From a virus (lineage: Duplodnaviria > Caudoviricetes): DNA of 64,000 bases. The stretch covers positions 1 to 64,000 of the IMG/VR virus record IMGVR_UViG_2706796186_000001. One strand, given 5' to 3'. Shown piece by piece: positions 34,178 through 44,145 of the stretch; within the stretch, counting starts at the first letter, position 1, and each line of letters opens with the position of its first letter. A program made the translations under genes and the position numbers. The notes beneath the pieces were generated by a model. That model was not told the origin of the DNA. It worked only from the letters and a program-made list of their open reading frames with translations, and did not search any database.

Positions 34178-36276
34178 TGGATGCTCGCCAAGTACACGTA
34201 CGCGATCTCCGTAACCTGAACTCGGATCAGGTATGGCGACTACGCGGACGTTATGATGTAACGTTTGATGATGGTGTGACTCAACCGATGTCGGGTCGCC
34301 ACATCAAACTCAGTTGGCCGTACTGGGGCATCTCTCGATTCTATCCGCAAGTACCGACGCCTTCCACGATGTGTTATCGTCGTGGAGGTGAGTGGGCAAC
34401 GGATGATCGTCACATCGACCTGATGTCCGAAGCTGCTGTACTCGCCCGCAAAGCGGGCATTGATTTAGCCGATACCCGTTATCTGTTAAGTCAGCACATC
34501 TATGCTGATGCGTTCAACCTGACAGTGAAGAACTTGCTGTCTTATTGTACGACCATCGACATCGATACCATGATGCAGATTTACGACCATCCTGATTATC
34601 AGATTATCCACGAGTGGGCAAAGCAATACCCAAGTGGTTATGATGAAGAAGGGGTCGATAAGGTTAACGAAGCGTACGAGATTATCGAGCGCATCATTCG
34701 TTCACCTGAGCTGTCAGACAACCCGGTGGCAATGTCGGTACTCGACAAAACCATCAAGATGGATCAGGTACTCCAAGCCTACGTGCGTGGTAAAACCTCT
34801 GAAATCGATTCCCGTGTCTATTCGAATCAGGTATGGGAAGGGTTCTTCGGTGGTCTGAACTCGGTTATCAGCCGACTGAAAGAATCGGGTGCAACGTCAC
34901 GTTCGCACCTGTACAACACCGACAAGATTGCGGAAGCAGAATACGGCTCCCGTAAACTCCAGCTCGCTGCAAACGTGCTGACCCACTTCACCTTAGATGA
35001 CTGTGGTACCGAGCACGCTCACGAACATACGTTTCGTGACACCAAAGAAAGCCAGACTCAATACGACGCCATGGTCGGGATGCGTTTCCGCTTCAACGGT
35101 GAAACGGGGCCGTGGCGCGTGTTCGAGAAAGGCCGCTTCGAGGATGTGGTTGATAAGCCGCTCCTGTTCCGATCTGCCATGACCTGTCGCCATATGGCGA
35201 AACAGGGTATTTGTGCAGTCTGTATGGGCGACTTGGTGTACAACCTGTCGGAGAAAACCTCACCGGGCCACTTGGCATCCACCTCCATCTCGGAGAAGGG
35301 TACCCAAGGGATTCTCTCAACGAAGCACCTCGACTTCCTGCGTGAACTGTTTACGCTGGTTATCGGTGGGCGCATCAAAGGCTACTTCCGTGGCTATGAG
35401 AAAGGGTCAGAGAAAGGTCTGCGTTTACTCGACAAGCCGGAGTTCGGTACGTGGAGTGAATACTCACTGGTAGTATCTGAGAAGATGCACTCTGAGCTGA
35501 GTCAGGTGGCGTACTACGACAACCTCGAAGACATTGATGAAACCTCTCTGCCAGATGTCACAGACGTTACGTTTGTGCGTTTGAATGCAGATGGCGAACC
35601 GTGTGGCGGGGAATCACTGGATGTCCGTATGGGCGTCTGCGGGAACTTCTCGAAAGCGTTCTTGGCGTACTTCCTAAAAGTGCGTGACGAGATCCAGTTC
35701 ATCCGCAAAGGTGAGATTCGTATTCCAATGAGTGGCTGGAAGCCGAAAGCGCCGTTCCTCATTTATACTAACCGTTCTGAATCCATGGCAGAGTTCGTTG
35801 CCGGTCTTGAGACCAAGCTGCGTTCTGTTGCTGCGGACAAGAACGAAACACCGATGGACTTCACCACGGATGCCACGGTGAAAATGAGTAAAGATGGTAA
35901 AGTTAAGACGCTTACCTTGGTGGAGATGGGTGGGTCTACCGAACGTCAATGTACCTTTGCGATGTTCGATACCTTCCGCTACATTAACCGTAAGCTGAAA
36001 GGGATTCCGATGACACACATCGGCATCATGCTTGCCATTTCTCGTGTGGAAAGCCCCATCAATCCGTTCCCAGCGGTAGGGTTTGATAAGGAAACTGCCA
36101 TTGATGGTATGGGTAAACGGTTCTTAGACCACAATACGCTGATTGCGATTCGTAGTGCTGCCCCGATGTTGTTCTTCCAAGGTCAGCAAGACAATCTCAA
36201 CCGCGTAGGGTTCTATACCACACGTAAGATTCCGGCGTCGTTGTATGACGGGTCATTCAAAACACGGTTGCATTAA
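34174..36276 (+). CDS. non-virion RNA polymerase beta' subunit, C-terminal part (phiKZ gp74-like)
   Basis: DDCGT, RSAMTC...ICAVCMG Zn site, SEKGTQGILSTKH trigger-loop-like motif. Confidence 0.85.
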   Translation: MMDARQVHVRDLRNLNSDQVWRLRGRYDVTFDDGVTQPMSGRHIKLSWPYWGISRFYPQVPTPSTMCYRRGGEWATDDRHIDLMSEAAVLARKAGIDLADTRYLLSQHIYADAFNLTVKNLLSYCTTIDIDTMMQIYDHPDYQIIHEWAKQYPSGYDEEGVDKVNEAYEIIERIIRSPELSDNPVAMSVLDKTIKMDQVLQAYVRGKTSEIDSRVYSNQVWEGFFGGLNSVISRLKESGATSRSHLYNTDKIAEAEYGSRKLQLAANVLTHFTLDDCGTEHAHEHTFRDTKESQTQYDAMVGMRFRFNGETGPWRVFEKGRFEDVVDKPLLFRSAMTCRHMAKQGICAVCMGDLVYNLSEKTSPGHLASTSISEKGTQGILSTKHLDFLRELFTLVIGGRIKGYFRGYEKGSEKGLRLLDKPEFGTWSEYSLVVSEKMHSELSQVAYYDNLEDIDETSLPDVTDVTFVRLNADGEPCGGESLDVRMGVCGNFSKAFLAYFLKVRDEIQFIRKGEIRIPMSGWKPKAPFLIYTNRSESMAEFVAGLETKLRSVAADKNETPMDFTTDATVKMSKDGKVKTLTLVEMGGSTERQCTFAMFDTFRYINRKLKGIPMTHIGIMLAISRVESPINPFPAVGFDKETAIDGMGKRFLDHNTLIAIRSAAPMLFFQGQQDNLNRVGFYTTRKIPASLYDGSFKTRLH

Positions 36277-36279
36277 TAC

Positions 36280-36305
36280 AGAGGGGCAGATGCCCCTCTT
36301 TTTTT
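36280..36305 (+). terminator. intrinsic terminator
   Basis: AGAGGGGCA/TGCCCCTCT plus T tract. Confidence 0.75.
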
Positions 36306-36317
36306 GTAGAGGGGTAT

Positions 36318-38024
36318 ATGCAGCAGATTAACATCACGCACACCACCATGGGGGTGCGAATTGAAGTTCCTATCCGACCCGTTGAGATTGCTATCAAGAC
36401 ATGGGCGGAACGGAATCTGCACGCCCCGAAAATGGGAAAAGAGCGCGGCAAGATTACCGTGGAACAAGGAGATGGCTACTACGCCCACATGGAAGGCGCA
36501 CGTAGCTTTATCTTTCACAAAGCCCACCTTGAGGAAATCCTCTCCATTATCAAGAACGCTATCATTGAATACCGTCTTGAGGCGGAGGTTAAGCACCACA
36601 AGGTCGAGCGGGCGGAGCCTTACCGTTGCACATTTGAAAACTTCGGCACGCCGATGGTAGTGGACGATCCTGAATCACGCTTCTATTACCAGAACGATGT
36701 GGTAGAGAAAGCGCTTGATCCGAACCGTCTCCAGACCATCTTTGCCATCGATACTGGCCGCGGGAAAACGAAGTCGTTGCAAAAGGTGATGGTGCGTAAG
36801 CAAGTGCGTACTGCCCTCATCATGCGTCCGACGTACGTGGACAAATGGCTGTTCGATATCTGCGAAGACCCGACTGGGTTGCAGATTGACAAAGACAAAG
36901 TTCTGGTCTGTCGTGGCGTCCAAGGGATTATTGAAGCCTACGAGATGGGTATCAGTGGGGAGTTAGACCGTCGGGATATCCGGGCGATTATCTTCCCAAC
37001 CGTTTCGCTGCAATTGTTCCTGAAAGAGTACATCAACACCGGCCACTCAATGGGGATTGACATTGAGCGGTTCTACGATGTGATGGGTGTGGGTCTGATC
37101 GGAATGGATGAGGTGCATGAGCATTTCTATTTGGTGTATCTGGCTGGGATTATCCTGAACCCATGTGCATCGATTGAAATGTCAGCCACCTTAGAACCGG
37201 GTGCCGCGAAGACGTTTATCATCGCGCGCTATCTGGAACGTTTCCCAGTCGACTTACGGCTGTCCGTTGAACGTATTAAGGTTGTTGATATCCGCGCGTT
37301 CTACTACACGCTGGATGATAAGAAGTTGGCGTGGTGGGCGACAAAGATGTCCCCGTACAACCACAAGTTGTTTGAAGGTAAGTTGATTCGCGAAGGCTTC
37401 CACGTTTCGTATTGTGAGATGTGGTGGAATCTGATCGAGAAGGTGTATCTGTCCAATTACCAACCGGGACAGAAAATCATCATCTTGTTCTCAACCGTTG
37501 ACATGTGTGAGTTCTTTACCCAGTTCCTGCATCAGAAGCTGGCGGGGAACGAACAGTTCAGCGAGTTGATGGTGGCGAAGTATAACGGTGGCGATTCGTA
37601 TGATGACTTCATCATGGCGGAGTTTGGTGTCTCTACGCCGAACAAAGCCGGTACCGCGATAGACAAACCGGGTATGGTCCACATGATTGTGACAGTGCCA
37701 GTTGATGACCAACAGCTGAACTTACAGATTGCCGGACGTCCACGTCCTGTGCGTGAGGTGTTCGGTTGGGACATGAACCCAATTGTGTGGTTCGGGCATT
37801 GCATGAACATTGCTAAACACGGTACGTACCTGAACTCACGTATGCGTTCGCTGCGCGACACGGTATTGTCATTCAAGGTTGCGACTTCCCCTTATGTTGT
37901 AAGGAAAACGTATGATAACGCCCCCACTTCCAGCCGCCCCAACAGCCCCTTACGCCGGATTGACGTTGGCAGACTTTCTCGTAAAGGTTCTAAGGGCCTA
38001 TCCCGGCGCAGAAAGCGCCGCTAA
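36318..38024 (+). CDS. superfamily 2 (DExH) helicase
   Basis: Walker A DTGRGKT, MDEVHE, MSAT and QIAGRPR motifs. Confidence 0.85.
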   Translation: MQQINITHTTMGVRIEVPIRPVEIAIKTWAERNLHAPKMGKERGKITVEQGDGYYAHMEGARSFIFHKAHLEEILSIIKNAIIEYRLEAEVKHHKVERAEPYRCTFENFGTPMVVDDPESRFYYQNDVVEKALDPNRLQTIFAIDTGRGKTKSLQKVMVRKQVRTALIMRPTYVDKWLFDICEDPTGLQIDKDKVLVCRGVQGIIEAYEMGISGELDRRDIRAIIFPTVSLQLFLKEYINTGHSMGIDIERFYDVMGVGLIGMDEVHEHFYLVYLAGIILNPCASIEMSATLEPGAAKTFIIARYLERFPVDLRLSVERIKVVDIRAFYYTLDDKKLAWWATKMSPYNHKLFEGKLIREGFHVSYCEMWWNLIEKVYLSNYQPGQKIIILFSTVDMCEFFTQFLHQKLAGNEQFSELMVAKYNGGDSYDDFIMAEFGVSTPNKAGTAIDKPGMVHMIVTVPVDDQQLNLQIAGRPRPVREVFGWDMNPIVWFGHCMNIAKHGTYLNSRMRSLRDTVLSFKVATSPYVVRKTYDNAPTSSRPNSPLRRIDVGRLSRKGSKGLSRRRKRR

Positions 38025-38292
38025 GGCATTGTGTCAGGACCCGGTGATTAACCGGGCCTTTCACTATTACACGATTACGGAACACTTCACATCCTGCTTT
38101 ATCATGCAGCGTGGGTTAACGTATTTCGTCACTCGTACGTCCAGTATTCGTGGTACTGCGGCGTACGAACTTTATTCTTACGAACTGTGGAACAACAATC
38201 CCGCAGGGAATACCGATGAAAACCCGAAGGTGGCCTACCGCCTCTTCTCGGACAAATGGCATGATTGGGTGACTGTACCACATAACGGTTAA
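37912..38292 (+). CDS. hypothetical protein
   Basis: AAGGA SD; overlaps the helicase 3' end by 113 nt. Confidence 0.6.
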   Translation: MITPPLPAAPTAPYAGLTLADFLVKVLRAYPGAESAAKALCQDPVINRAFHYYTITEHFTSCFIMQRGLTYFVTRTSSIRGTAAYELYSYELWNNNPAGNTDENPKVAYRLFSDKWHDWVTVPHNG

Positions 38293-38346
38293 TTACACGG
38301 TTAGTGTATATTGTGTAGAGTCACTTTCATTAATAAGGAATATCCG

Positions 38347-38958
38347 ATGTCTCGTCGTAAAAAGCAGCCTGGTTTTAGCCCGCGTGAAGCAGCACGCGAA
38401 CGTGTCCGTAGCATCATGCGTGGCATGAACACGACTGAGAATGTTTTCCTCGGTCATTCGAAAACGCACGCCGAGAAAATCGACCGTGAGTTTGAACGTA
38501 TCAACTCGCTGATGGGCGAAGACCTGAAAGCGTATTTGACGGAGTGGTTAAAGCACTCACAGGCTGCCTTCTTGGGTGCCATGCACGACTTCAAAACGCG
38601 CCTGTTTGCGGTGCGTACTGATGCCGATGCAAAGGCAACCAAACTGATGGCGGTCATCGACGGCCACAAGTGGGACGAAATCAAAGATGTCGTGATTGTG
38701 GCTGAGCTGGAACTGGCGGACTTTGACATTCAGGTGGACAACGTGGCACAGGAAACCCTGCTGTCTATCGTTGAAGCCGGTGCGGCGTATGAACAGCGTC
38801 GTGAATGTGTCCGCGTGGGCCTGAACAACAACTGGACCCATGAAGCAATCCTGACCAAGCTGCGCGAGCTGGATGCCCAAGCTGCCGCCGAAGCACTGGC
38901 AGCGGCAGAAGCAACAGCTGAATCTGTAGTAGAGCAAGAGGAACCTGCGAATGTCTAA
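38347..38958 (+). CDS. hypothetical helical protein
   Basis: AAGGA SD before MSRRKKQ. Confidence 0.8.
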   Translation: MSRRKKQPGFSPREAARERVRSIMRGMNTTENVFLGHSKTHAEKIDREFERINSLMGEDLKAYLTEWLKHSQAAFLGAMHDFKTRLFAVRTDADAKATKLMAVIDGHKWDEIKDVVIVAELELADFDIQVDNVAQETLLSIVEAGAAYEQRRECVRVGLNNNWTHEAILTKLRELDAQAAAEALAAAEATAESVVEQEEPANV

Positions 38959-40975
38959 CGATCCGCGTCCGTCGTTCGGTGCTGCCGAACCGGAAACGGC
39001 TGAGGTGCGACTTCCTCCGCGTGACACCCTTGTGGGTAAGTCCGCGGAAGAGGTGGCCTTCGAGCTGGTAAAACTCAATCCCACTTTTTCTTTTGCCGAA
39101 GCAACTGAACGCGCGAAAAGTCTGGTGATGTTAAATGCCCCGGTAGAAGATACCCCACCCCCTGTGGTGGATGTACTCGATCAACCGATGATTCGTGAAG
39201 CGTCACCAGAAAACCTGGCGGCCCTGCAAAGCACTGAGAACCAACTGGAGCAGCCGGTCAAACTTGACCTGTCTCAGTCACAATCTCAGCCTGAACCAGC
39301 GCCTGCGGTGCAACCGCGTGCGGAACCCATCGCAAGCATTCCTGCTGCAAGTGCGGAGAATTTCCCTAAGCCTCAGCATGTTCCGGTTAAAGCGGAAGTG
39401 ATTCCTGCCCCAGCGCTCGATGCCGAAGATACTCCGGCTGACCGCGATGAGCAGACGCCGAACCTCTCAAAAGAGAAACGTCGTCAGATTGATTTCGGGC
39501 CAGAACCGCACCGTGCTGAAATTGCCAGCATGGACCCGGAAGACCCACATCGTGTGCTGACTCAAAGTGATGAGCTGGTCGGTACTACATTGCCGCTGGC
39601 AGGTGAGCAGGAAGTCATGCAGTTCTTCGCCAGCATCCCACGTAATCGTGAAGGGCGTCCGATGTTCCGTTCAGCCGCCGAAGAGGAGCGTTATCAGAAG
39701 CTCTTTACGGCGCTGGAACTGACCCCGCCTATCATGATTAACAACCGCGCTGCGTTTGACATGGCGTTGGAGCGTGAAGATACGTCGTGGCAACAGACCA
39801 TCCAACTGTCGAACGGTAAGTATGTCTCTGCGGTCACCGACCGTGGTGCAAATGCCCAAGGTGCGATGGCTGCCCTGCGTCGTCGTCGTGGTTCCGGTTC
39901 TCCGGTCTCAGTGTGGTTGCCTGCAACCGGTATCTTTGTCGGTTTCCGTGCCCCGCATGAAAACGACATGTGTGACTTCGACATTCGTATCACGTCAGAA
40001 CAGTCGAAAATCGGGATGTTCACTTACGGTCTGCTGTTGGCCTCGTCTTCGGGCGTGTATCTCCAGCACATGATCGAACACTCGCTGAACTTTGCGGTGG
40101 ACACCACGTACGACTGTCAGGGTCTGGACATTAAGACCGCCCTGATGGACATCGTGGATGTGGACGACTACTGGCTGCTGGTCATTGGCCCATTGATGGC
40201 GAAGTTCCCAGCGGGTATTCCGTGGAAGCTGCTGTGCCCTAACCACGAATGTGGTCATGAGCGTGAAGTGCGTCTGAATCTGGCCCGCTGTATCCGTATG
40301 GCAGATGGCCTGTTCTCTGACCTACACCGTTCGCTCTGGCTGCGCCAGCGTGGTAAAGGCCCGGATGCAATTATCGGCAACGCCGAGTATCTGGAATACC
40401 GCAAAGAGCTGCCGAAGTCCAAAGCCGCCCGTTTCCATTACGAGCAGCTGGGTATCACGGTAGAGTTCGGTCGTTCGACCATCGGTCAGTTCATTGACAA
40501 CACCAATGCGTGGGTAGAGAAGATTAACAGCTCTGCCACCAACGCACTGGCGAACCATGCAACTGAAACCGAGCGCTCGCAATACATCCGTCTGGCTGCT
40601 GAGAACCGCCGCCTGACCCGTTATGCGACGCACGTTAAAGCCATCATCGTTGAAGAGACGGTGAAAGGTGAACCGGTTGAGACCCGCGAAGAAGATCCAG
40701 ACCGTATTTTCGAAATGTTAGAAGAACTCTCTTCTGACCGCATGTACGTGCTGGCATTTGAAAACGCGCTGTCCACTTACAACGAAGAATCGCGCATGGC
40801 CGTGTTTGGTTACATGGGTCACGCGTGTCCGAGCTGTAAGACCGGCGAGGGTGAAGAAGACGGTCCGTTCCGTGGTATTGTTACCATCAGCCCGGACAAG
40901 GTTTTTTTCGCGCTATCTCGTGTGGTGTTCGAGATACAGAGAGTCTACTTACAACAATTCGAAAATATTGGATAG
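38951..40975 (+). CDS. conserved protein, possible tail/baseplate assembly chaperone (G-type product)
   Basis: Pro/Glu-rich N-terminus, CPxxxC and CPSC Zn pairs, slippery site near the 3' end. Confidence 0.7.
   Translation: MSNDPRPSFGAAEPETAEVRLPPRDTLVGKSAEEVAFELVKLNPTFSFAEATERAKSLVMLNAPVEDTPPPVVDVLDQPMIREASPENLAALQSTENQLEQPVKLDLSQSQSQPEPAPAVQPRAEPIASIPAASAENFPKPQHVPVKAEVIPAPALDAEDTPADRDEQTPNLSKEKRRQIDFGPEPHRAEIASMDPEDPHRVLTQSDELVGTTLPLAGEQEVMQFFASIPRNREGRPMFRSAAEEERYQKLFTALELTPPIMINNRAAFDMALEREDTSWQQTIQLSNGKYVSAVTDRGANAQGAMAALRRRRGSGSPVSVWLPATGIFVGFRAPHENDMCDFDIRITSEQSKIGMFTYGLLLASSSGVYLQHMIEHSLNFAVDTTYDCQGLDIKTALMDIVDVDDYWLLVIGPLMAKFPAGIPWKLLCPNHECGHEREVRLNLARCIRMADGLFSDLHRSLWLRQRGKGPDAIIGNAEYLEYRKELPKSKAARFHYEQLGITVEFGRSTIGQFIDNTNAWVEKINSSATNALANHATETERSQYIRLAAENRRLTRYATHVKAIIVEETVKGEPVETREEDPDRIFEMLEELSSDRMYVLAFENALSTYNEESRMAVFGYMGHACPSCKTGEGEEDGPFRGIVTISPDKVFFALSRVVFEIQRVYLQQFENIG
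40903..40936 (+). other. candidate -1 ribosomal frameshift signal
   Basis: In-frame T TTT TTC heptamer followed by a TATCTCG/CGAGATA hairpin; the -1 frame is open into the next ORF. Confidence 0.7.
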
Positions 40976-41013
40976 ACGCCGACGACGTTCCAGCCGAAGC
41001 TATTATCACTGCC

Positions 41014-41382
41014 ATGAAGCTGGACACCACCTCGCTGTTCAAACGGCGAGACAGTCGACCTATCACGTATCAAGAAGCGCATGACGAGCTACTCTCCACG
41101 TACGACGGGATACTCGGGTTAGAGACCGGTGAGAACAACATCAGTGTCTCTGACTTCGAGAACCCTATCAACCAGAGCTTGTATGAAATCTGGGCGACCA
41201 CGTACGTGCGTGAAGGTATCAAGGAACTGTTTGGTTACGACCTTGATACTTGGCTTGATAGGCCGCGTTGGAAGTTGATGAAGCATCTGGAAATCGCAAA
41301 ACGTCGTCGCGCTGAGCTAGACAATGCTAAGAAAGGCGCAATCCCGCCAGAACTTGAGAAAGAACTGAAAGGGCGCATCTAA
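41014..41382 (+). CDS. conserved small protein; likely C-terminal extension reached by frameshift (GT-type)
   Basis: No evident SD; the frame is stop-free from 40900. Confidence 0.65.
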   Translation: MKLDTTSLFKRRDSRPITYQEAHDELLSTYDGILGLETGENNISVSDFENPINQSLYEIWATTYVREGIKELFGYDLDTWLDRPRWKLMKHLEIAKRRRAELDNAKKGAIPPELEKELKGRI

Positions 41383-41410
41383 GGGAGCTTCGGCTCCCTT
41401 ATATTTTTTT
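41382..41410 (+). terminator. intrinsic terminator
   Basis: AGGGAGC-TTCG-GCTCCCT plus T tract. Confidence 0.8.
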
Positions 41411-41441
41411 GTTGTTATGAGACTCATTTTAGGAAACCGTC

Positions 41442-42296
41442 ATGACTGACTTATACGAAGACTATGCCGACACACTCGGTCTGGTGAGACAAGAAGGCCG
41501 TCTGGCCCCGGTGTTAGACTTAGTGTCGTTAGCTATCGAGTATGGTTACGATACGACGCTGATGGACATTTATACCGGTCAAATCCCGGACATGAACGAA
41601 GAGTGTCTGCGGCTGGAAGCGCTGATTAACCGTTGTGCCTGTGCATTGGCGCAGCGTCTGGGTGTGGGCTTGAACCCACAGGTGGCTTACCGTAAACCAA
41701 AAGAAGTCGTGCGCATCCTTCACGGCCTGACGTCTGCCTTCGAAGAGTTCGAAGACACCGATACCCTGTACGGGATTCTGTTGTCGGGTGAACCGCCTGC
41801 GTACATTCTGGAAAACATGGTGCGTTATGTGTACGGGGATAATGACATCCACTTCGAAGACCTTATTGTCGTGGTGGAGCCGCGTGTCATGAACGTGATG
41901 CGCAACTTCCTTGCAGCTACGTCTGCTGAACAGCAAGCCGAAGGTACCGATAACCCACGCACCCAACGTGTGGTGCAATACCTGCGTGTGTATCCGCAGA
42001 ACCCGTCGGCTTACGTGTTCCTGAACCTGAGCGACACCTCTGACATTAATAGCGTCATCAGTGCGCTGGATTTCAGTGAAGAGGGTGGTGTCGGGGAAAG
42101 TGAACTGCTCACCATCTACGCGGTAGGACTATCCATCATTGAGAACGATACCTTTGATGAAGCCTACGCAGCGCTGGAAGGGATGCTCGAGCTGATTAAC
42201 AGCGATGAAGCCCCAGAAGACCCTATCCTGCGGGATGGCTTAGCAGGCTTGAAATCAATTTACGGGGAAGAGGAGCAAACTGATGAACCGGATTGA
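41442..42296 (+). CDS. conserved acidic protein (probably virion-associated)
   Basis: AGGA SD; precedes the vRNAP subunit gene. Confidence 0.7.
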   Translation: MTDLYEDYADTLGLVRQEGRLAPVLDLVSLAIEYGYDTTLMDIYTGQIPDMNEECLRLEALINRCACALAQRLGVGLNPQVAYRKPKEVVRILHGLTSAFEEFEDTDTLYGILLSGEPPAYILENMVRYVYGDNDIHFEDLIVVVEPRVMNVMRNFLAATSAEQQAEGTDNPRTQRVVQYLRVYPQNPSAYVFLNLSDTSDINSVISALDFSEEGGVGESELLTIYAVGLSIIENDTFDEAYAALEGMLELINSDEAPEDPILRDGLAGLKSIYGEEEQTDEPD

Positions 42297-43581
42297 GTAT
42301 TTGATTGCTGCGTGTAATGCCGAGGCGTGGCGACGACTCGTCTGGCGTATTGGTTTGTTCAACGTCTGTATCTTTCCCGAAGCGCATGAGCGACCGGAAC
42401 AGTATGACCTGAACTTCATTGAAGGGATGGCGCATTACTGGGACGAGGTGAATGGCCACTGGGAGTGGGTGCCGATTAAGGACGCTGTAAAGGACGCTGA
42501 GCTGTTTGTGCCTGAAATGCGATTCCAGCTACCGGTTGGTGGTTATCCGGGCTTAGAGAGCGCGGTAGAGACGTCTGTGGGGCGTTACGTCCTGAACTGG
42601 ATCGTCATCTATTACGCTTTTGAGAAACGGATGCCGTATCTGGAAACTGGCCACCCGATGGACATCCGTAAAGAGATGTACAGTCGTTGTGTGGACTACG
42701 AGGAAGATGACCCGGAGAACGTGGGTGCTATCCGTCCGAGTATGGTTGACCGGTTCGTTAACGGTCTGGCCGAACTGGCCCCACTGGCCAAAGCGATTGC
42801 CCCGACCGGTACACTACGTTCATGGACGGTTCACCCCGACACGTACAAAATCCGTGATGCCCTGCTTGAGAAACACAAAGACGAACTGGATAACCCGGCC
42901 GTCATCGTGAAGATTGAACAGGCGCTGGATGAGCTCGATAGAGAGTGGTTGTCCGGTGACCAGTCTGTGCAGTATTACTCCTCGAAGAAATCCCGCATGC
43001 GCCGTCGTAAGCTGATGCTGATGTACGGGATTGAATCCGCCTTCCAGGAAGGCGCGGACTTTACCCTGATACCGAATGCGCTGGTTGAGGTGGATAAAGA
43101 AGGGCTCAAGAATTTGGTCGCGAAGTATAACTCGATTCGTGACGGGTCATTCTCCCGTGGTGCAGAAACCGCGAAAGGGGGCGAGCAGGTACGTATCATC
43201 CAGATGATTTTCCAGAACCACAAAATCGTGGAAGGTGATTGCGGCACGAAGCTCGTCCATCAGGTCTTTATCACCGAACTCAATGTGAAGCGTTATCTTG
43301 GCATGAACGCCATGGTCAATGGCAGGCTGACACCGATTACCGACGGCTTCCTGAAAGCCAATCTGGGCAAAATCATTAACCTGCGACGCCCCATCCTATG
43401 TCAGATGGGTCACGTTGACTGCTGCGCGGCTTGTGCCTCGAATGAGAAAGCCAAAGAACCGCGCGCAATTGCCGCCGATATTTCTACCGCGTTCTCAAAC
43501 GTCATGGGTGTGGCAATGGCAAAAATGCACGGTTCTGACACCGTGGTCGTCGAGTTCAAACCCAAACTTCACATCACTTAA
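42283..43581 (+). CDS. virion RNA polymerase beta' middle subunit (phiKZ gp80-like)
   Basis: RDGSFSRGAETAKGG bridge-helix-like segment, GDCGT, LRRPILC...CCAAC Zn site. Confidence 0.8.
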   Translation: MNRIEYLIAACNAEAWRRLVWRIGLFNVCIFPEAHERPEQYDLNFIEGMAHYWDEVNGHWEWVPIKDAVKDAELFVPEMRFQLPVGGYPGLESAVETSVGRYVLNWIVIYYAFEKRMPYLETGHPMDIRKEMYSRCVDYEEDDPENVGAIRPSMVDRFVNGLAELAPLAKAIAPTGTLRSWTVHPDTYKIRDALLEKHKDELDNPAVIVKIEQALDELDREWLSGDQSVQYYSSKKSRMRRRKLMLMYGIESAFQEGADFTLIPNALVEVDKEGLKNLVAKYNSIRDGSFSRGAETAKGGEQVRIIQMIFQNHKIVEGDCGTKLVHQVFITELNVKRYLGMNAMVNGRLTPITDGFLKANLGKIINLRRPILCQMGHVDCCAACASNEKAKEPRAIAADISTAFSNVMGVAMAKMHGSDTVVVEFKPKLHIT

Positions 43582-43592
43582 AAGGATATATC

Positions 43593-44102
43593 ATGTCTCA
43601 GCCAGTTAAAGACACGAGCACCCAAAATGCTGCGCGTCCTGAAACCCTTTCCGTCACCGGTCCAACGTATGGCAACGATGAACAGAGTCAAGTTAAACTG
43701 ATTGCCGATATGCTGGACACTGCTGGTAACACCGTTGGCCGTAACAAGTCACCGAGTGCACAGAAGAAAGCGGAAGCGTACGGTCAGCTGCACAATGCGT
43801 TCCGTAACCTGTTCAAACTGCGTGGCCAAGCGTTCCTCGATGGCTTCGCATGTTTCGTAACCGCCGTGAACAAATACCCGGACGGGATTTTCTATCTGCC
43901 ACTGGTTAACGAAAACCTGTCAGACTTCAGCAATCAGGCTGAGCGTGAAGTGTTCATGATCTTCATCAACAACACCGTGCGCTTCGCGCGTTCTGCGAAC
44001 AAAGCGAGCTTCGGCCAGCTTAGCAACATCGATCGTCTGACCTCGCGGATGTCTGACCCGGAACTGCGCAGCTTGCTGCGTGCTGCGTTCCTCGTCGAAT
44101 AA
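43593..44102 (+). CDS. hypothetical protein
   Basis: AAGGA SD, 169 aa. Confidence 0.8.
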   Translation: MSQPVKDTSTQNAARPETLSVTGPTYGNDEQSQVKLIADMLDTAGNTVGRNKSPSAQKKAEAYGQLHNAFRNLFKLRGQAFLDGFACFVTAVNKYPDGIFYLPLVNENLSDFSNQAEREVFMIFINNTVRFARSANKASFGQLSNIDRLTSRMSDPELRSLLRAAFLVE

Positions 44103-44145
44103 AAAATAAAGCTACCTACTCCCGATGGAGTAGGTAGTCTTTTTA
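44101..44145. terminator. bidirectional terminator
   Basis: CTACCTACTCCC/GGGAGTAGGTAG stem flanked by A and T tracts. Confidence 0.8.

Noticed and set aside
20642-36276. Introns, inteins or homing endonucleases in the nvRNAP genes, as in phiKZ
   Set aside because: All subunits are continuous ORFs of the expected size, with no HNH, LAGLIDADG or intein motifs seen
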